64,000 nucleotides of DNA. Origin: Sphyrna mokarran. Lineage: Eukaryota. This document shows, in pieces, positions 36,883 to 49,424 of this stretch (the first letter of the stretch is position 1; every line of letters starts with the position of its first letter). Position numbers and translations under genes: made by a program. The stretch covers positions 3,968,001 through 4,032,000 of the forward strand of contig JAGIQG010000040.1 of NCBI GenBank assembly GCA_024679065.1. Direction: 5' to 3'. Below the pieces are notes generated by a model that was not told where the DNA came from, ran no database searches, and worked only from the letters and a program-made list of their open reading frames with translations.

Positions 36883-37676
36883 CAAGCTAATAGTTCGCGT
36901 TATGGAGAAACCACAGCGAGATCTGGGATTTCTGGAGTTTAGAAATCAAATCTCGCCCAATTACTTGAGGAAATTCAGTTAATTTGCAGAGGAAATCTCG
37001 TGATCGACCCCCAGTTGCTTGATCATTGTCTGAGTGTTGCGTGAACCAGCAACAGGTGTCAGCAGGGAAACTGAACTCTTCTATCCCATTAGTTGAGATT
37101 ATGATCCGGATGTAATATCTCCGCCTACATTAATCATAGATATCAGAGGTGGGGCTGCGAGATATTCTGCAAATACTGTTGCCACAACTTTTTTCCTAAA
37201 GCCGGGCTGTGTTTGTCGAGGGCAGACTCAAGATCGCCGACAGAACAGCTTCCACCCCAGGCTCCAATATTCTTTTGAACCTTTCTCATTGCCCTAAACA
37301 CTCTAGTCGGATCAACTCTCAAAAGGAGCATCTTACTCAGGCCCACTCTGGGAAACAAAAGTTGGTGTTGAGTGATTGGCGAGTAGACTCTGATAAACTG
37401 AAAGGTTTCCGGGGAGAATTTGTGCCCCCTTTAAAATCAGCTTTTATGTTAAGAGAAAACCTCGGAATGTTTAATTGGTCTTGAAAGAAAAGTGAACAAT
37501 GTATAAATTTGCTTAACTCCTTTCTCCATCGACACCACTCCATTTTCCCAATTACACGGTTTTCTGCTTTCCAAGGCAGGAATTTTCCTTAGTTCCTGTT
37601 TATGATGTGGCTGAACTGAAAGTCTTTCCATGAAAGAGTCACCGCGCCACCAGTGGCTCATCCGTTTAAAAACACC

Positions 37677-38807
37677 TTTACCGCTGCCATTTTACGATAA
37701 ACTCCAAAGACAGAATGTTTGAACAGCGAGGAGAATTTCTTTGAGTTTACTTGGTTTGCTTTTGGCACGTGTATTGGGAATCAGAGAAGGTTATTGCTTA
37801 TTGCGTGTAAGACAGACAAACGTACGGTTCATAGAATACCTAAAGTACTTTATTTACGAATCACAAGTGAGACTTGCATTAATAATGCAATGAAATTACT
37901 GCATTTTCATTAACTCGTTACTTAATGAATTAATTCACTAATTCATAATTAATGAATTATTCGTCATGATGCTACATTGGGTTCGCCGTCAGGAGCCACC
38001 TTATTCAGAAACTTGCTAATCTACCCAAGGGTGTGAACGACTGTCTTATGACATTACTACAGAGCAGAAGTCAAGCCAACCTGATCAGCACCTATGCCCC
38101 CACAATGAACAACCCGGACGAGATGAAAGACAAGTTCTACGAAGAACTAGACGCCCTTCTATCAGCAGTGAGCAGTACCGACAAGCTAATCTTGCTTGGC
38201 GATTTCAATGCAAGAGTAGTGTGACTTTGCAATCTGGCAGCGAGACACTGGGAGGCATGGAGTGGGTAAGTGTAACAGTAACGGCCTACTCTTAATGAAG
38301 ACTTGTGCAGCAGACAATCTCCTCATCCTCAACACAACCTTCTGCCTGCCTACCCGTAACGAGACCTCTTGGATGCACCGCCGCTCTAAGCCTTGGCATC
38401 TTATCGACTATGTCTACGTCAGGATAAAAGACAGGCAGGATGTCAGAGCGACCAAGGCCATATGTGGTGCTGACTGCTGGATAGATCAAAGACTCATTGT
38501 GAGTCTTGACGAATTCATGACGAATAATTCATTAATTATGAATTAGTGAATTAATTCATTAAGTAACGAGTTAATGAAAATGCAGTAATTTCATTGCATT
38601 ATTAATGCAAGTCTCACTTGTGATTCGTAAATAAAGTACTTTAGGTATTCTATGAACCGTACGTTTGTCTGTCTTACACGCAATAAGCAATAACCTTCTC
38701 TGATTCCCAATACACGTGCCAAAAGCAAACCAAGTAAACTCAAAGAAATTCTCCTCGCTGTTCAAACATTCTGTCTTTGGAGTTTATCGTAAAATGGCAG
38801 CGGTAAA
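37677..38807. repeat. Perfect inverted repeat, 293-bp arms (37677-37969 and 38515-38807), 545-bp spacer
   Basis: Identical 64-aa translations on opposite strands (37719-37913 +, 38571-38765 -); arm ends checked base by base. Confidence 0.95.
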
Positions 38808-41030
38808 ACGGCATCAGACCCAAGAAGTGACCACAAGGAAGCAAGATTATGAAAAAAATCAATGCAGCCAGGCTAAAGAACACCTGCATAGCTTCAGTAT
38901 TGGCTGAAGACGTAGAAATCAAGCTTGCTAATGTACACCTGCAGGTAGCGCTGAGAACGACTGGGAACGCTTCAGGGATGCTATCCATAGATCTGCACTG
39001 AAGATGCTCGGCCCTCTACCCGCAAACAGCATCACTGGTTCGATGAGAATGATGAGGAGATACAGGCTCTACTTGTTGAAAACCACGGTCTTCATAGGGC
39101 CTGCCAAAATGACCTATCATCAGCTGCCAAGAAAAATGTTTCACGAGCACTTGCAGGACAGTCCAGAATAAATTGCATAAAATGCAGAATGCTTGGCTGA
39201 GCGCTAAGGCAGATTAAAAACAGGGATAGGCTGACAGGAACGACTTGAAAAGGCTCTATCAAGCCCTCAACACTCTCTACGGACCTCAATCTCTCAGAAG
39301 TTCCCCCCTCCTGAGTATATATGGTACAAGTCTCATTACGGGGAAGGCTCAGATCGTGCAGAGGTGGGCTGACCATTTTGAAGCCGTCCTCAACCGACAG
39401 TCGTCTATTAACGATGAGGCAATAGACAGGATTTCCCAGTTTGATATCAACAGCGCTATGGATGACCCACTGGTAGTAGCCGAAGTCAGGAAAGCTGTCA
39501 GCCAGCTATCCAGTAGCAAAGCTCCAGAGACAGATGCCATACCTGAGGAGATCGAGAAGCTGCTGGCCCTGTGCTTATTGAGAAGCTCACCGAGTTGTTC
39601 CAGTCCTTTTGGAAGCAAGGATCCATTCCTCAGGAACTTAAAGATGCTTCCATCATACACCTCTACAAGAGGAAGGGCAATCAACCACCGAGGAATTTTG
39701 CTGCTCTCCATCACAGGAAAAACCTTCGCAAGAGTCCTGCTAATTCGCCTGGTCACTCATCTGGAGCTGGGCCTGCTTCCAGAGTCACAGTGTAGCTTCT
39801 GCAAAGGTCGCGGGACTATTGACATGATTTTTGTTGCGCGCCAACTTCAGGAGAAGTGTCAGGAGCAAAATCGCAAACTCTACACAACCTTTGTTGACCT
39901 CTCGAAAGTCTTTGACACTATAAGCTGACAAGGCCTGTGGAGGATCATGCCAAAGTTCGGCTGTCTTCCCAAATTCATTCAGTTGGTACGGCAGTTCCAT
40001 GATGGCGTGATGGCCAGAGTACTGGATGGCAGAGAATCCTCTGAGGTATTCCCAGTCACCATGGCGTCAAACAGGGCTGTGTGGTCGCATCCACACTGTT
40101 CAGCATGTTGTTTACTGCCATGCTGAATGATGCCTTCCAGAAAAGTGTTGTTGAAATCAGCCTCAAGTACAGAGTGGATGCGAAGCTCTTCAACCCGAGG
40201 AGACTTCAAGCTATTACGAAAGTGAAGGAGACTGTTCTGAGAGATTTCCTTTTGCCGATGACTGCGCCCTGTCTGCTGGCTCAGAGCCAGAGACGCAAGT
40301 CAGTATGGACAAATTTTCCATGGCTTGTAACAACTTTGGACTCACAATCAACACTAAAAAGGTCGAGGTCATGCACCAGTTTGCTCCTCATGCACCCTAC
40401 ACAGAACCCATAATCACAATCAGAGGGCAGAAACTACAGGCAGTGGACCAGTTTACTTATCTTGACAGCAACCTGTCTCAAACAGTGACTATTAATGCAG
40501 GCGTTAACTGCAGAATAGTAAAAGCAAGTTCTGCTTTTGATAGACTGCGCTCCACTGTATGGGAACGTCGAGGAATCAGCCCAGCAACAAAACTGAAGGT
40601 CTGCGGCGCTGTGGTACTCACTACCCTCCTGTATGCCTGTGAAACGTGGATTATATATCGAAGGCATCCAAGACAGCTCAATCATTTCCACATGATTTAT
40701 CTTCGCAGAATATTACGCATCAGATGACAAGGCAAAGTACTAGACACAGAAGTTTTCTCTAGAGCAAGTCTACCATCAGTCCGCACACAGTGCTGATGAG
40801 AGCGCAGACCCGGTGGGCAGTTCATGTCATCCGTATGTCAGATGAGCGCAGACTCAAGCAGCTCCTTTTTGGGGAACTCTCTGCTGGAGGACGCTGGCGT
40901 GGAGGACAGAAGAAACGTTTTAAAGACACACTCAAAACCTCCCTGAAATCGCTTGACATTGACACGACCACCTGGGAAACGCTGGCATAAAACAGCGCTA
41001 CCTAGCGCTGCCTCATCCACAAAGGCTGTA
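37970..41030 (+). mobile_element. RTE-clade (BovB-like) LINE, degenerate, interrupted by the right IR arm
   Basis: APE motifs (STYAPT, LLGDFNARV, WHLIDY), RT (LPESQCSF, RGTIDMIF, FVDLSKVFD) and C-terminus (KQLLFGEL, GGQKKRFKDTLK). Confidence 0.9.
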
Positions 41031-41207
41031 ATAGTCACTGAGCAGTCGTGTTTCTCATCAAATGGTCCAGATCAATCGTACAGCACTAGGATACTCTCGA
41101 ATAATCCAAGAGCAGCCCTCGCACGACCCATCGCGTGTATGCCCCTCGTTAGACAACAAGGCGACCGAAATACCTGTAGGATAAAACAAATACATACATC
41201 AATATCA
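41031..41207 (-). mobile_element. Composite SINE head fragment abutting the truncated RTE end
   Basis: Reverse complement of about 19494-19683. Confidence 0.75.
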
Positions 41208-42838
41208 CCTGATGAACTTCTGATTTTCCATCAATACATATATCTGCCTCAACTGTTGTCTCCCATTAGAACCAATGACTTGTTTCTCTATCTTTCACTT
41301 CGCACAAGATTTTCTAGAATGAGTAAGGGTAGTCTTCTGCCTTATTAATATAGCTGGTGCCTTAATTTAGTATGATAATTACCATAATTGCAAACTGAAT
41401 TCATTCTCACGTTATCAATTGTCTTCGCTGCTGCCAAGTCAAGAAATGAAGAGAAACATATAAGGTCATTTTATGAACACATGTTGTGTCAAAGCACCTT
41501 ACCATGAATAAATTTCTTTGGTGCATCATTTCGTGTAAACAAGTGACGCAGAGGGAAAGGGAGAGAGGGAGTTTGGCGAAAATTCTGATTCGAGAAGTCT
41601 TAAAACTGGACCATTCCCAGGTTACTGTCGTCGTGATTGAACGAAGAAGTCAATACCAGGACAATTATTTGGGTGTTCCAGTTGAATGTCTGGTCAATGG
41701 TTTCTCCATGATAATGAGTGATGCAGTGATGATAATCCCATTCACTCTCGGAGGGCGGTGTTCAGATGTTCAGTTTTTGGTAAATGTTAATGCCTGGTAT
41801 TGTTTCGCACAGATGGCAAACAAATGAGGATGTGTCACATTAATAATGGGGATTACATCGAGATTTCCAGCAACGGAAATGAAACTCGGTCCATCTTGCC
41901 TCTGCCGGCCACCAAGCACCTAGCTATTCTAATTCCCTTTTCCAATATTACTCCCCTGGCCATCTATACAATCATATTTAAATTCCCACCAGATTGTGAT
42001 ATGTCAAGCAGCGTTTCTCATACGTTTAAGTCTTTGCGATTTATCTGCAGAGGCTTCTTATAATAAAGGATCGAAGAAAAGAACATGCCATGTCCACTGC
42101 AAAACCACAATCATTCATGAGTTAAGAAGAAAAACTCTTTGTCCTGTCAGGGAAGAAATCCACGAGTCTTTCAGACAGTTTGGAACCATCTTGATCCTGT
42201 TTATAAACAAAGTCATGGTTTTATTTATGGCGACAATTTACGGAAAATAAGCTACAATATCACCCATCACCCTGCACCTTAACAATCAAGGAAAAAATCC
42301 TCAAAAATGCTCATTTCTGTACCCAAATCTACCAAAATGTTAAGTTATTTTCCTTTCCTAATCGTGAAACAGGGCCTATCCAACAATGGCACTGCAGGAG
42401 TTCTAATTTTGATGGATGTTAAAATTCTGTGCATGTGACTCTGCCAGGCTGATGCTGAATGAGTTTTTGATTCGGTTGTTCTAACTTGGGCGACATGTTA
42501 CCAATGATTAATTTGCAATGTCAGTGCGATTAATTAGCTCTTAAGTCACAAACACAGGATCTGTTCATTAAAGTACACAGCTCTGTCTTCATGCGACGTG
42601 ATAGCTAGGTGTTCAAATGAGTCAAAACGACAGCGGTTAGACGGTTATTCAGCGACTGTAACTAATCTAAGTGGTGACGTTGTGAAACATGTTTGATCAG
42701 AGACTGTAATATATGCAACAGGTGGATTTGTTTAATTAACACCCTTGAGATTGGATATCAGGTATAATAGTGAGTGCTTTTAATGTCGAACGGAGCGTCT
42801 GTAAGATCTGGATCAGTTAGTGCTGCTTATTATTGAAA

Positions 42839-45800
42839 ATGCACACGCCACCAAGAGGCCTGGTATATGCCATTTATTACACTGTTCTTGCAGCAGTTGC
42901 TGTTCCAGGTAAAGTATTGCAGCAATGTGATCATTTTCCAATTGAATTCTATCATTTTCCACATTACTAAATCCCTCAGGTGGTGGAGGGCTTGGAACCT
43001 TGCTTTTTCTTCGGTTGATTTTACTAGTAATAGCTGATTGGGCACATTTGAACTTATCGGTATCTGGTTGGATATGGTGCTAAAGGACTTTCCCTATTGC
43101 ATCCCTCCAGAGTGATGTTCTAGCTAGAAAAACAAGTTTGCAATCATTGAACTTGCGAGAAGGAAGTGATGCAATTAAGAAATAATGCGTTTGGGTAGAT
43201 TACACATTAGTTGGCTGATATGGGTAAGTGCAGAATTCCGTGCTATCAATTTTAAATTACAGCTCAGCCAGTCCGGCGTCATTTCACGAAAGACTTCGAC
43301 AGGAAAAGGATTGACTTCGTCTAGATCTCTTCAACACACATTAGTCAGAACTGAGGTCAATTGAAAATTGTAGGATACGTGTCGTTGGAGTTTTTCATGG
43401 AATCCGTACAGTACAGATGGAGCTGTACAGCCAATGAAATCTGCACCTGCTTTCCAACAAAGCCACTCAAGCCCTCTACTCTCACTCCGCACATTTACTG
43501 CACTAACCCGCTAACCAATACCTCTTTGGGCACTGAGGGACAATTTACTATGCCCAATACACCGATCCTGTCATTTTTGGACTGTGGTGCAAACAGGAGC
43601 ACCCAGCGAAAATATGTGCATACACGGGAAGAATTTGAAAACTTCGCACAGAAGTCACCTAAGAATGGAATTGAACCCAGGTCAGTGACTCCATGAGACA
43701 GCAACTTAACTACTTTGCCAACCTGTCGCTCTGTGCTCATAGGAAAATAGGAAATAGTTTAATTATTCTGACATTTGGCCTCTCAAGACAGCTGCACCAT
43801 TCCAGCCCAACTGTTTTGTGAGGCAATGAAATAACACGCAGGGAAGCGGAGAGGCAAATTGAGGCAGAATGTGCATGAGAATTTAGATAACAGAATAGTT
43901 TTTGTGACTTGTATTGAATTCCAGTTTCATGAAAATGTGTGTTTAGAATTTTCAGCGTCTGTGAAATGCAATGCTATGACCTCCAGCAGATAAGATACTG
44001 TGATACATAGAAATACCTCTGGTCGTTTAAAATACAGCCTAACTTTAAAGTCTGTCTAAAAGATTGTGAATGATCTTATTACAGAACGCGACCAGCTGTC
44101 CAACTCAGAGCCGCACAGGCCAGAAGAAAGGCAAAGCATCATGAACCGTTGGCATAATTGTAAGGATTGCATGGAAATAAAGGGGCTAACAAATAATGCA
44201 TGTTGCTGTCAAATGACATGAAATTCGCATTTTCTTTACCGAACCATGTATGCTAGGTCCAGTATGCATGCAAGTTAGAGGTTTGGTTCCCAAATACGCC
44301 TTCATAAATGTACTAATCAAACACTTAATCACCAACATTTTATCTAAAGACATAATGAATGAACGAATTATGGTCGATAAATTAAGGCATTAAATTATTC
44401 TTTCATTTTATGGGATGAACTTATTGCAGGTAAATTGCAGTTAATTGTGTTTTGCTCCATCTGAGCTACGAAGGTATCAGCACTCATATATTTACGGGAA
44501 TATTTGTCTCGGTGTTCTGCTTTCTTCAGTCTGCTTCAATTTCTGTTCTCTTTGGAAGTTGTCAACTGTTTGGATTCTGAGCTGGAAATAAATTCACTTG
44601 GGACAGTCTTTGTGACGTTTGTGCCATCGTTGAACTTTTCCGCTGTAAATATTTCAATCAACCTCTCTGAAATTCCTCAAACTAACATGAACTGTTTTCT
44701 TCCTTTTCACTCAAAGAGTGTTCATTTTCAGTACTTCAGCCAATTCATTCAACCTTCTGTTCGGAAACACAAACCTGAAAGATTTGTAGAAGCTTCCTTC
44801 CCTCTCCTGATTGTATTCCCATTGCATTTGAATCAATGATCATGGATATGTGTCAGAAAGCTCCCGTATTAAAAATACTGCATTCATTTCTAGTCATCAG
44901 AGGAAATTTCTGTTCTTTGTTCTTTTAGCTCCGATTAGTGAATTAAGATCCTACTTGATATATTTTAGGTCGATATTGGAAAGCTTTCGAGACAGTGCTA
45001 TATTGGAGGATCTTTATTTTTTACATGAGAAACTATTAAGTCATCTACTGGTTTGGCATTTTGGTGGAAGTTAAGGATTGTATCGAAGAACGTCTAGGAA
45101 TTCTCACTGAGATTTGTACTTCTATCTATCGCATGAAGTTTATGAAGATACATCCAAAAGGATGGTCTATTGCCACCACAATGTAAACGACTCTGGTCTC
45201 TTCATATTATTTCATGGAATCGGGTCTTTGCAATATCCCTCATGCTTGTTCCATTCGTTATTATAATTTTTATCACGTGCTTCTGAATTTTATCCCAATT
45301 ACATTCTAGAACATAGAACATAGAACATTACAGCGCAGAACAGGCCCTTCGGCCTTCGATGTTGCGCCGACCATTATAAAAAAGCAATGACCTTCCAAAC
45401 TAAACCATTCCCTTCTCTTCCATAAACTTATCAACTAACCTCTTAAACGCCACCAAACTTGGCGCATCTACAACTGCCGCAGGCAGGGCATTCCACTCCC
45501 TAACTACCCTCTGGGTAAAGAACCTACCTCTGATATCCGTCCTATAATTATCACCCCTTAATTTAAAGCTGTGTCCCCTCGTGCTAGCTTTCTCCATCCT
45601 AGGAAAAAGGCTATCACTGTCCACTGTTCTGTTGATTCTGCTCTGTTAAATAAATATTTAAATAGTATTGTATTGTAAACGTGTTCTTCACTAGTAAATA
45701 ATCGCCAGTGTTGACATATTGATATATAACATATTTAATGAAATTCTGTTAATTCATTGAAACAGATTTGTTTACCTGCAATGATCTCTGATTCATCGTT

Positions 45801-46779
45801 TCAAGCATTACGACTATGAGATATCTATAATCCAGTGCATGGCTTCTGTTTGGAGTATATTCTGTACAATCACTCTCTCTCTCTCTTTCTTGCTACAGTT
45901 AATTTGGTGGCTATTGTAATCCTGAACCGAGGGAAGTGCGGTCTCTCCAGCTGTATCACTCGGTATCTGGTCTTCATGGCAGTGACTGACTTGCTCGTTA
46001 TTGTCACCGCAGTGATAATAAACCGGATTCCTGGTATTTATTTCCCTGGCAGTTTTTTGTCCATCACTCCAGTGTGCAGTCTCAGCATCACCTTAATTCA
46101 TGCAACAAGAGACAGTTCTGTCTGGTTAACCGTTGCTTTTACCTTTGATCGATTTGTGGCCATTTGTTACAAGAAGCTGAAAACAAAATATTGCACTGAG
46201 AAAATGGCGGCTGTGCTAATAGGAATAGTCTGTTTTTTAAGTTTCGTTAAAAGTATTCCTTGGTACTTTATACATGAACCTATTTACGTATTTGACAATG
46301 TCCCTTGGTATTGTCGACAAAAGGACATCCGTTATACTTCGATTTTGTGGACAGCGTTTGATTGGACTGACCGTATTTTAACACCATGTCTCTCTTTCGT
46401 TATGATTCTTCTGTTCAATCTATTGACCGTCAGACACATCCTTCTGGCCAATAAAGCCCGCAAAAGACTCACAGCCCAAAACAATCGAGAGAATAAGAGC
46501 GATAAAGAGATGGAAAATAGGAGAAAGTCCATTGTTTTACTGTTTGCAATTTCAGGTACCTTCATCCTGTTATGGTTGGCCTACGTTGTACAGTTCTTTT
46601 ATGATCGATTTACAAAGGATGTTAAAATCAATGGATACAGTGACCCCAAATTCATTCTCCGTGAAAGTGCAAATATGCTTCAGTTGTTGAGTTGCTGCAC
46701 AAACACATTCATTTATGCAGTGACCCAGGGTAAATTCAGGGAGCAGTTGAGAAATCTGTTGGCTTGTCACCTTAATTGA
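42839..46779 (+). CDS. Two-exon class A GPCR, GPR139/GPR142-like (exon1 42839-42908, exon2 45899-46779)
   Basis: Exon1 MHTPPRGLVYAIYYTVLAAVAVP G|GTAAAG; acceptor CTACAG|TT AAT gives VNLVAIVILNRGKCGLS; VWLTVAFTFDRFVAIC; NTFIY; AATAAA at 46796-46801. Confidence 0.9.
43460..43720 (-). mobile_element. HE1-like SINE in the GPCR intron
   Basis: GGAATTGAACCCAGG B-box complement and SINE core. Confidence 0.7.
45307..45624 (-). mobile_element. Young CR1 short 3' copy in the GPCR intron
   Basis: DSDSLFPRMEKASTRGHSFKLRG; (AGAACAT)n tail. Confidence 0.92.
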
Positions 46780-46952
46780 TTAGGAACAAATATTTAATAA
46801 AGCTGTCAAAACACTTCTTGCAATATTTCTGCGTATTGGCAAAAGTTCTCATCTTTCTGTGAAAAAATTATATTGCTGCCATTTTGTTTTGAAACAAGAA
46901 GGTGAATCAAATCTAATTTTACTGTGAGGCTACTCTGTACTATCAGTAATTT

Positions 46953-48795
46953 TGGGAGGCAATGGCCTAGAGTTATTATCCTCGACTATTAATCCAAAAA
47001 AGCACATGATATTCTGGAGACGTGGGTTTGAATCCCGCCACATCAGATAGTGGAATTAGAATCCAAGAAAAAAACTGGAATTACGAGTCTACTGATGGCC
47101 ATGAAACCATTGTCTATTGTCATAAAAAAAAACCCATCTGGTTCCCTGATGCCCTTTAGAGAAAGACATCTACCATCTTTACCTACTGCCCCTGCATGCT
47201 TTGGTCTACATGTGACTCCAGAGACACAGCAATGTTGTAGATTCTTAATTGTCCTTCGAAATGGCCAACCTTGCATTCGCCTAGGCACGGAAAAATAAAA
47301 CGGCAAAACAAACAGCAATACCCACCCTGCAAATTCCTCCTTGCCAACATCTGGGGGTTCGTACCAAAATTGGGAGAGCTGTCTCACAGACAAATGAAAC
47401 TTTCATATACATTCTTACGGAAAAAAATCTTACAGATAAGACTCCAGACATCATCATTACCATCCCTGGATATGTCCTGTCCCACCGGAAGGACAGACCC
47501 AGAGGATGTTCCAGCGCATTGGTATATAATCGGGAGGGTGGTCTACCAGGAGCACTTACCATTGACTCTGGACGCTATGAACGCTCATGGCTTGAGGTTA
47601 AACATGAGCAAGGAATTCTCTTACTGGTTACCATGTACCATTCTCCTTCGACTGATGACTCAGTCCTCCTCCATGTTGAACAAAATTTGGAGGAAGCACT
47701 GAGGGGCTAAAGAACACAAAATGTATTCTGGGTGGGGAATTTCAAAGTCCACCATCAATAGTTACTCGGGAGCAGCATCACTGATCGAGCTGGCCTGGTC
47801 CTAAAGGATATAATTTCTCACTAGGGTCTGAAGCAAACGGTGATGGAGTTAGCAAGAAGAAAAAAATCATTTTTGATCTCATCATTATCAATTTGCCGAT
47901 TGTAGGTACATCTGTCCATGATAGTAACGGTAAGAGTGACTACCACACAGTCCTTGTGGAGATGAAGTACTGCTTTCTCATTGAACATAACGTCTATTGT
48001 GTTTTGAGTGGCACTATCACCGTGTTGAATGGGACAGAATTCGAACCGAACTAGCAACTCAAGACTGGACACCCATGAGGCGCTGTGAGGCATCAACAGC
48101 AGTGGAACCAATCTGCAACTTCATGACCTGGCAAATTTGCCACGCAACCATTACACTCAAACCAGGGGATCAAACTTGGTTCAATGAAGAGTGCAGGAGG
48201 GCATGCCAGGTGCAGTCCTAGGCATTTATAAAACTGAGTGTCAACCTTGTAAAGCTATCACACAGGACTATTTGCATGCTAAAAGGCAAGAAGTGATAGA
48301 CAGAACTAAGCGATCCACCATCAAAGAATCAGATACAAGCTCTGAAGTCCTTCTACATCCAGTCATGAATGGTGGTGGACAATTAAACAAATCGTTGCAG
48401 GAAGAGGATCCACAAATATCCTCAGCCTCAATAGTGGAGGAGCCCAGCACATTTGTGTAAACGATAAGGATGACGAAGTTGCAACCTTCAGCCAGAAAAT
48501 CCCCGTGAGTGATGCATCTCGGCTCCTCCAGTGGTTCCCCGGATCTCAGATGCCAGTCTCCAGCGAATTTGATTAAATCCACGTGCTATCTACAAACATT
48601 TGAGGCACTGGTCAATGCAAATGCAATGGGCCCAGGTAATATTCCTGCGATACTACTGAAGACTTGTGCTACAGAACTTGCTGCTCCCTTAGCCAAGCAC
48701 TTCCAGTCTCTTTGCAATACTGGCATCTACCCAACAATGTGGAAAATGTGTGTCCTCTTCACAAAAAGCATGGGAAATTCAACCTAGCCAATTGT
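46953..48795 (+). mobile_element. Degenerate CR1/L2-superfamily LINE with tRNA-like 5' head and APE endonuclease region
   Basis: ANIWGFVPKLGELSHR, LLVTMYHSPSTDDSVL, PGDQTWFNEECRRAC, AMGPGNIPAILLKTCATELAAPL. Confidence 0.7.
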
Positions 48796-48855
48796 CCATC
48801 ACTGAGGTTGTGGAATAAAGATCTAATCAGAAGCAGCAAGATCCTGTATTCATGT

Positions 48856-48928
48856 TGGCCCGTGGCACAATGGATAACGCATCTGATTACGGATTCGAAA
48901 ATTACAAGTTCGATTTCTGGGTGGTTCC
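48856..48928 (+). pseudogene. tRNA-Arg(ACG) pseudogene
   Basis: GGCCCGTGGCACAATGGATAACGCATCTGATTACGGATT...GTTCGATT; many stem mismatches. Confidence 0.7.
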
Positions 48929-48968
48929 ATGTAAACGTAAAGGTAGATCAAGCTCTCTGTTGCTAACA

Positions 48969-49036
48969 GCTTCTGTAGTTGTCATTACATTCACCTCAGA
49001 TGTGAAAGGTCCCCGGTTCCAAACAGGGCAGGTACA
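48969..49036 (+). pseudogene. tRNA-Val-derived pseudogene
   Basis: GCTTCTGTAGT...GAAAGGTCCCCGGTTCCAAACAGGGC; D-arm deletion. Confidence 0.6.
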
Positions 49037-49097
49037 TTATTAAACTTTCTCAGTTAGGTTGAGAGGAGTCTGCATGATGTCAACTTTTCATGGACCA

Positions 49098-49420
49098 AGT
49101 GGTGGCACAATGATGATCACTGCGGCTGCACAGCGCCAGGGACCCGGGATCAATTCCGGAATTGGCCCTCTAACTGTGTCGGGTCTGCACTTTCTCCCCA
49201 TTTCTACATGGGTTTACTCTGCATGGTCTGGTTTCCTCCCACAGTCTAAAGATGTGCAACTTGGGTGGATTAGCCATGATAAATTGGCCATGATAGTGTC
49301 AGAAGGTCTAGCTAGGATAAATGCATGAAGTTACAGGGATAGGACTGGATAGGATTGCTATCGGTGCAGGCTCGATAGGACGAATGGCCTCCTTCTGTAC
49401 AGTAGGGATTCTATGATTTC
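49098..49420 (+). mobile_element. HE1-like SINE
   Basis: CACAGCGCCAGGGACCCGGG head, core, ATTCTATG tail. Confidence 0.8.
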
Positions 49421-49424
49421 TATT

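Noticed and set aside
37719-38765. Two identical 64-aa ORFs on opposite strands
   Set aside because: By-product of the inverted repeat; no recognisable protein features
44500-44800. Purine-rich minus-strand stretch suggesting a coiled-coil (TRIM-like) exon relic; similar at about 31200-31450
   Set aside because: No continuous frame or diagnostic motif I can support without a search
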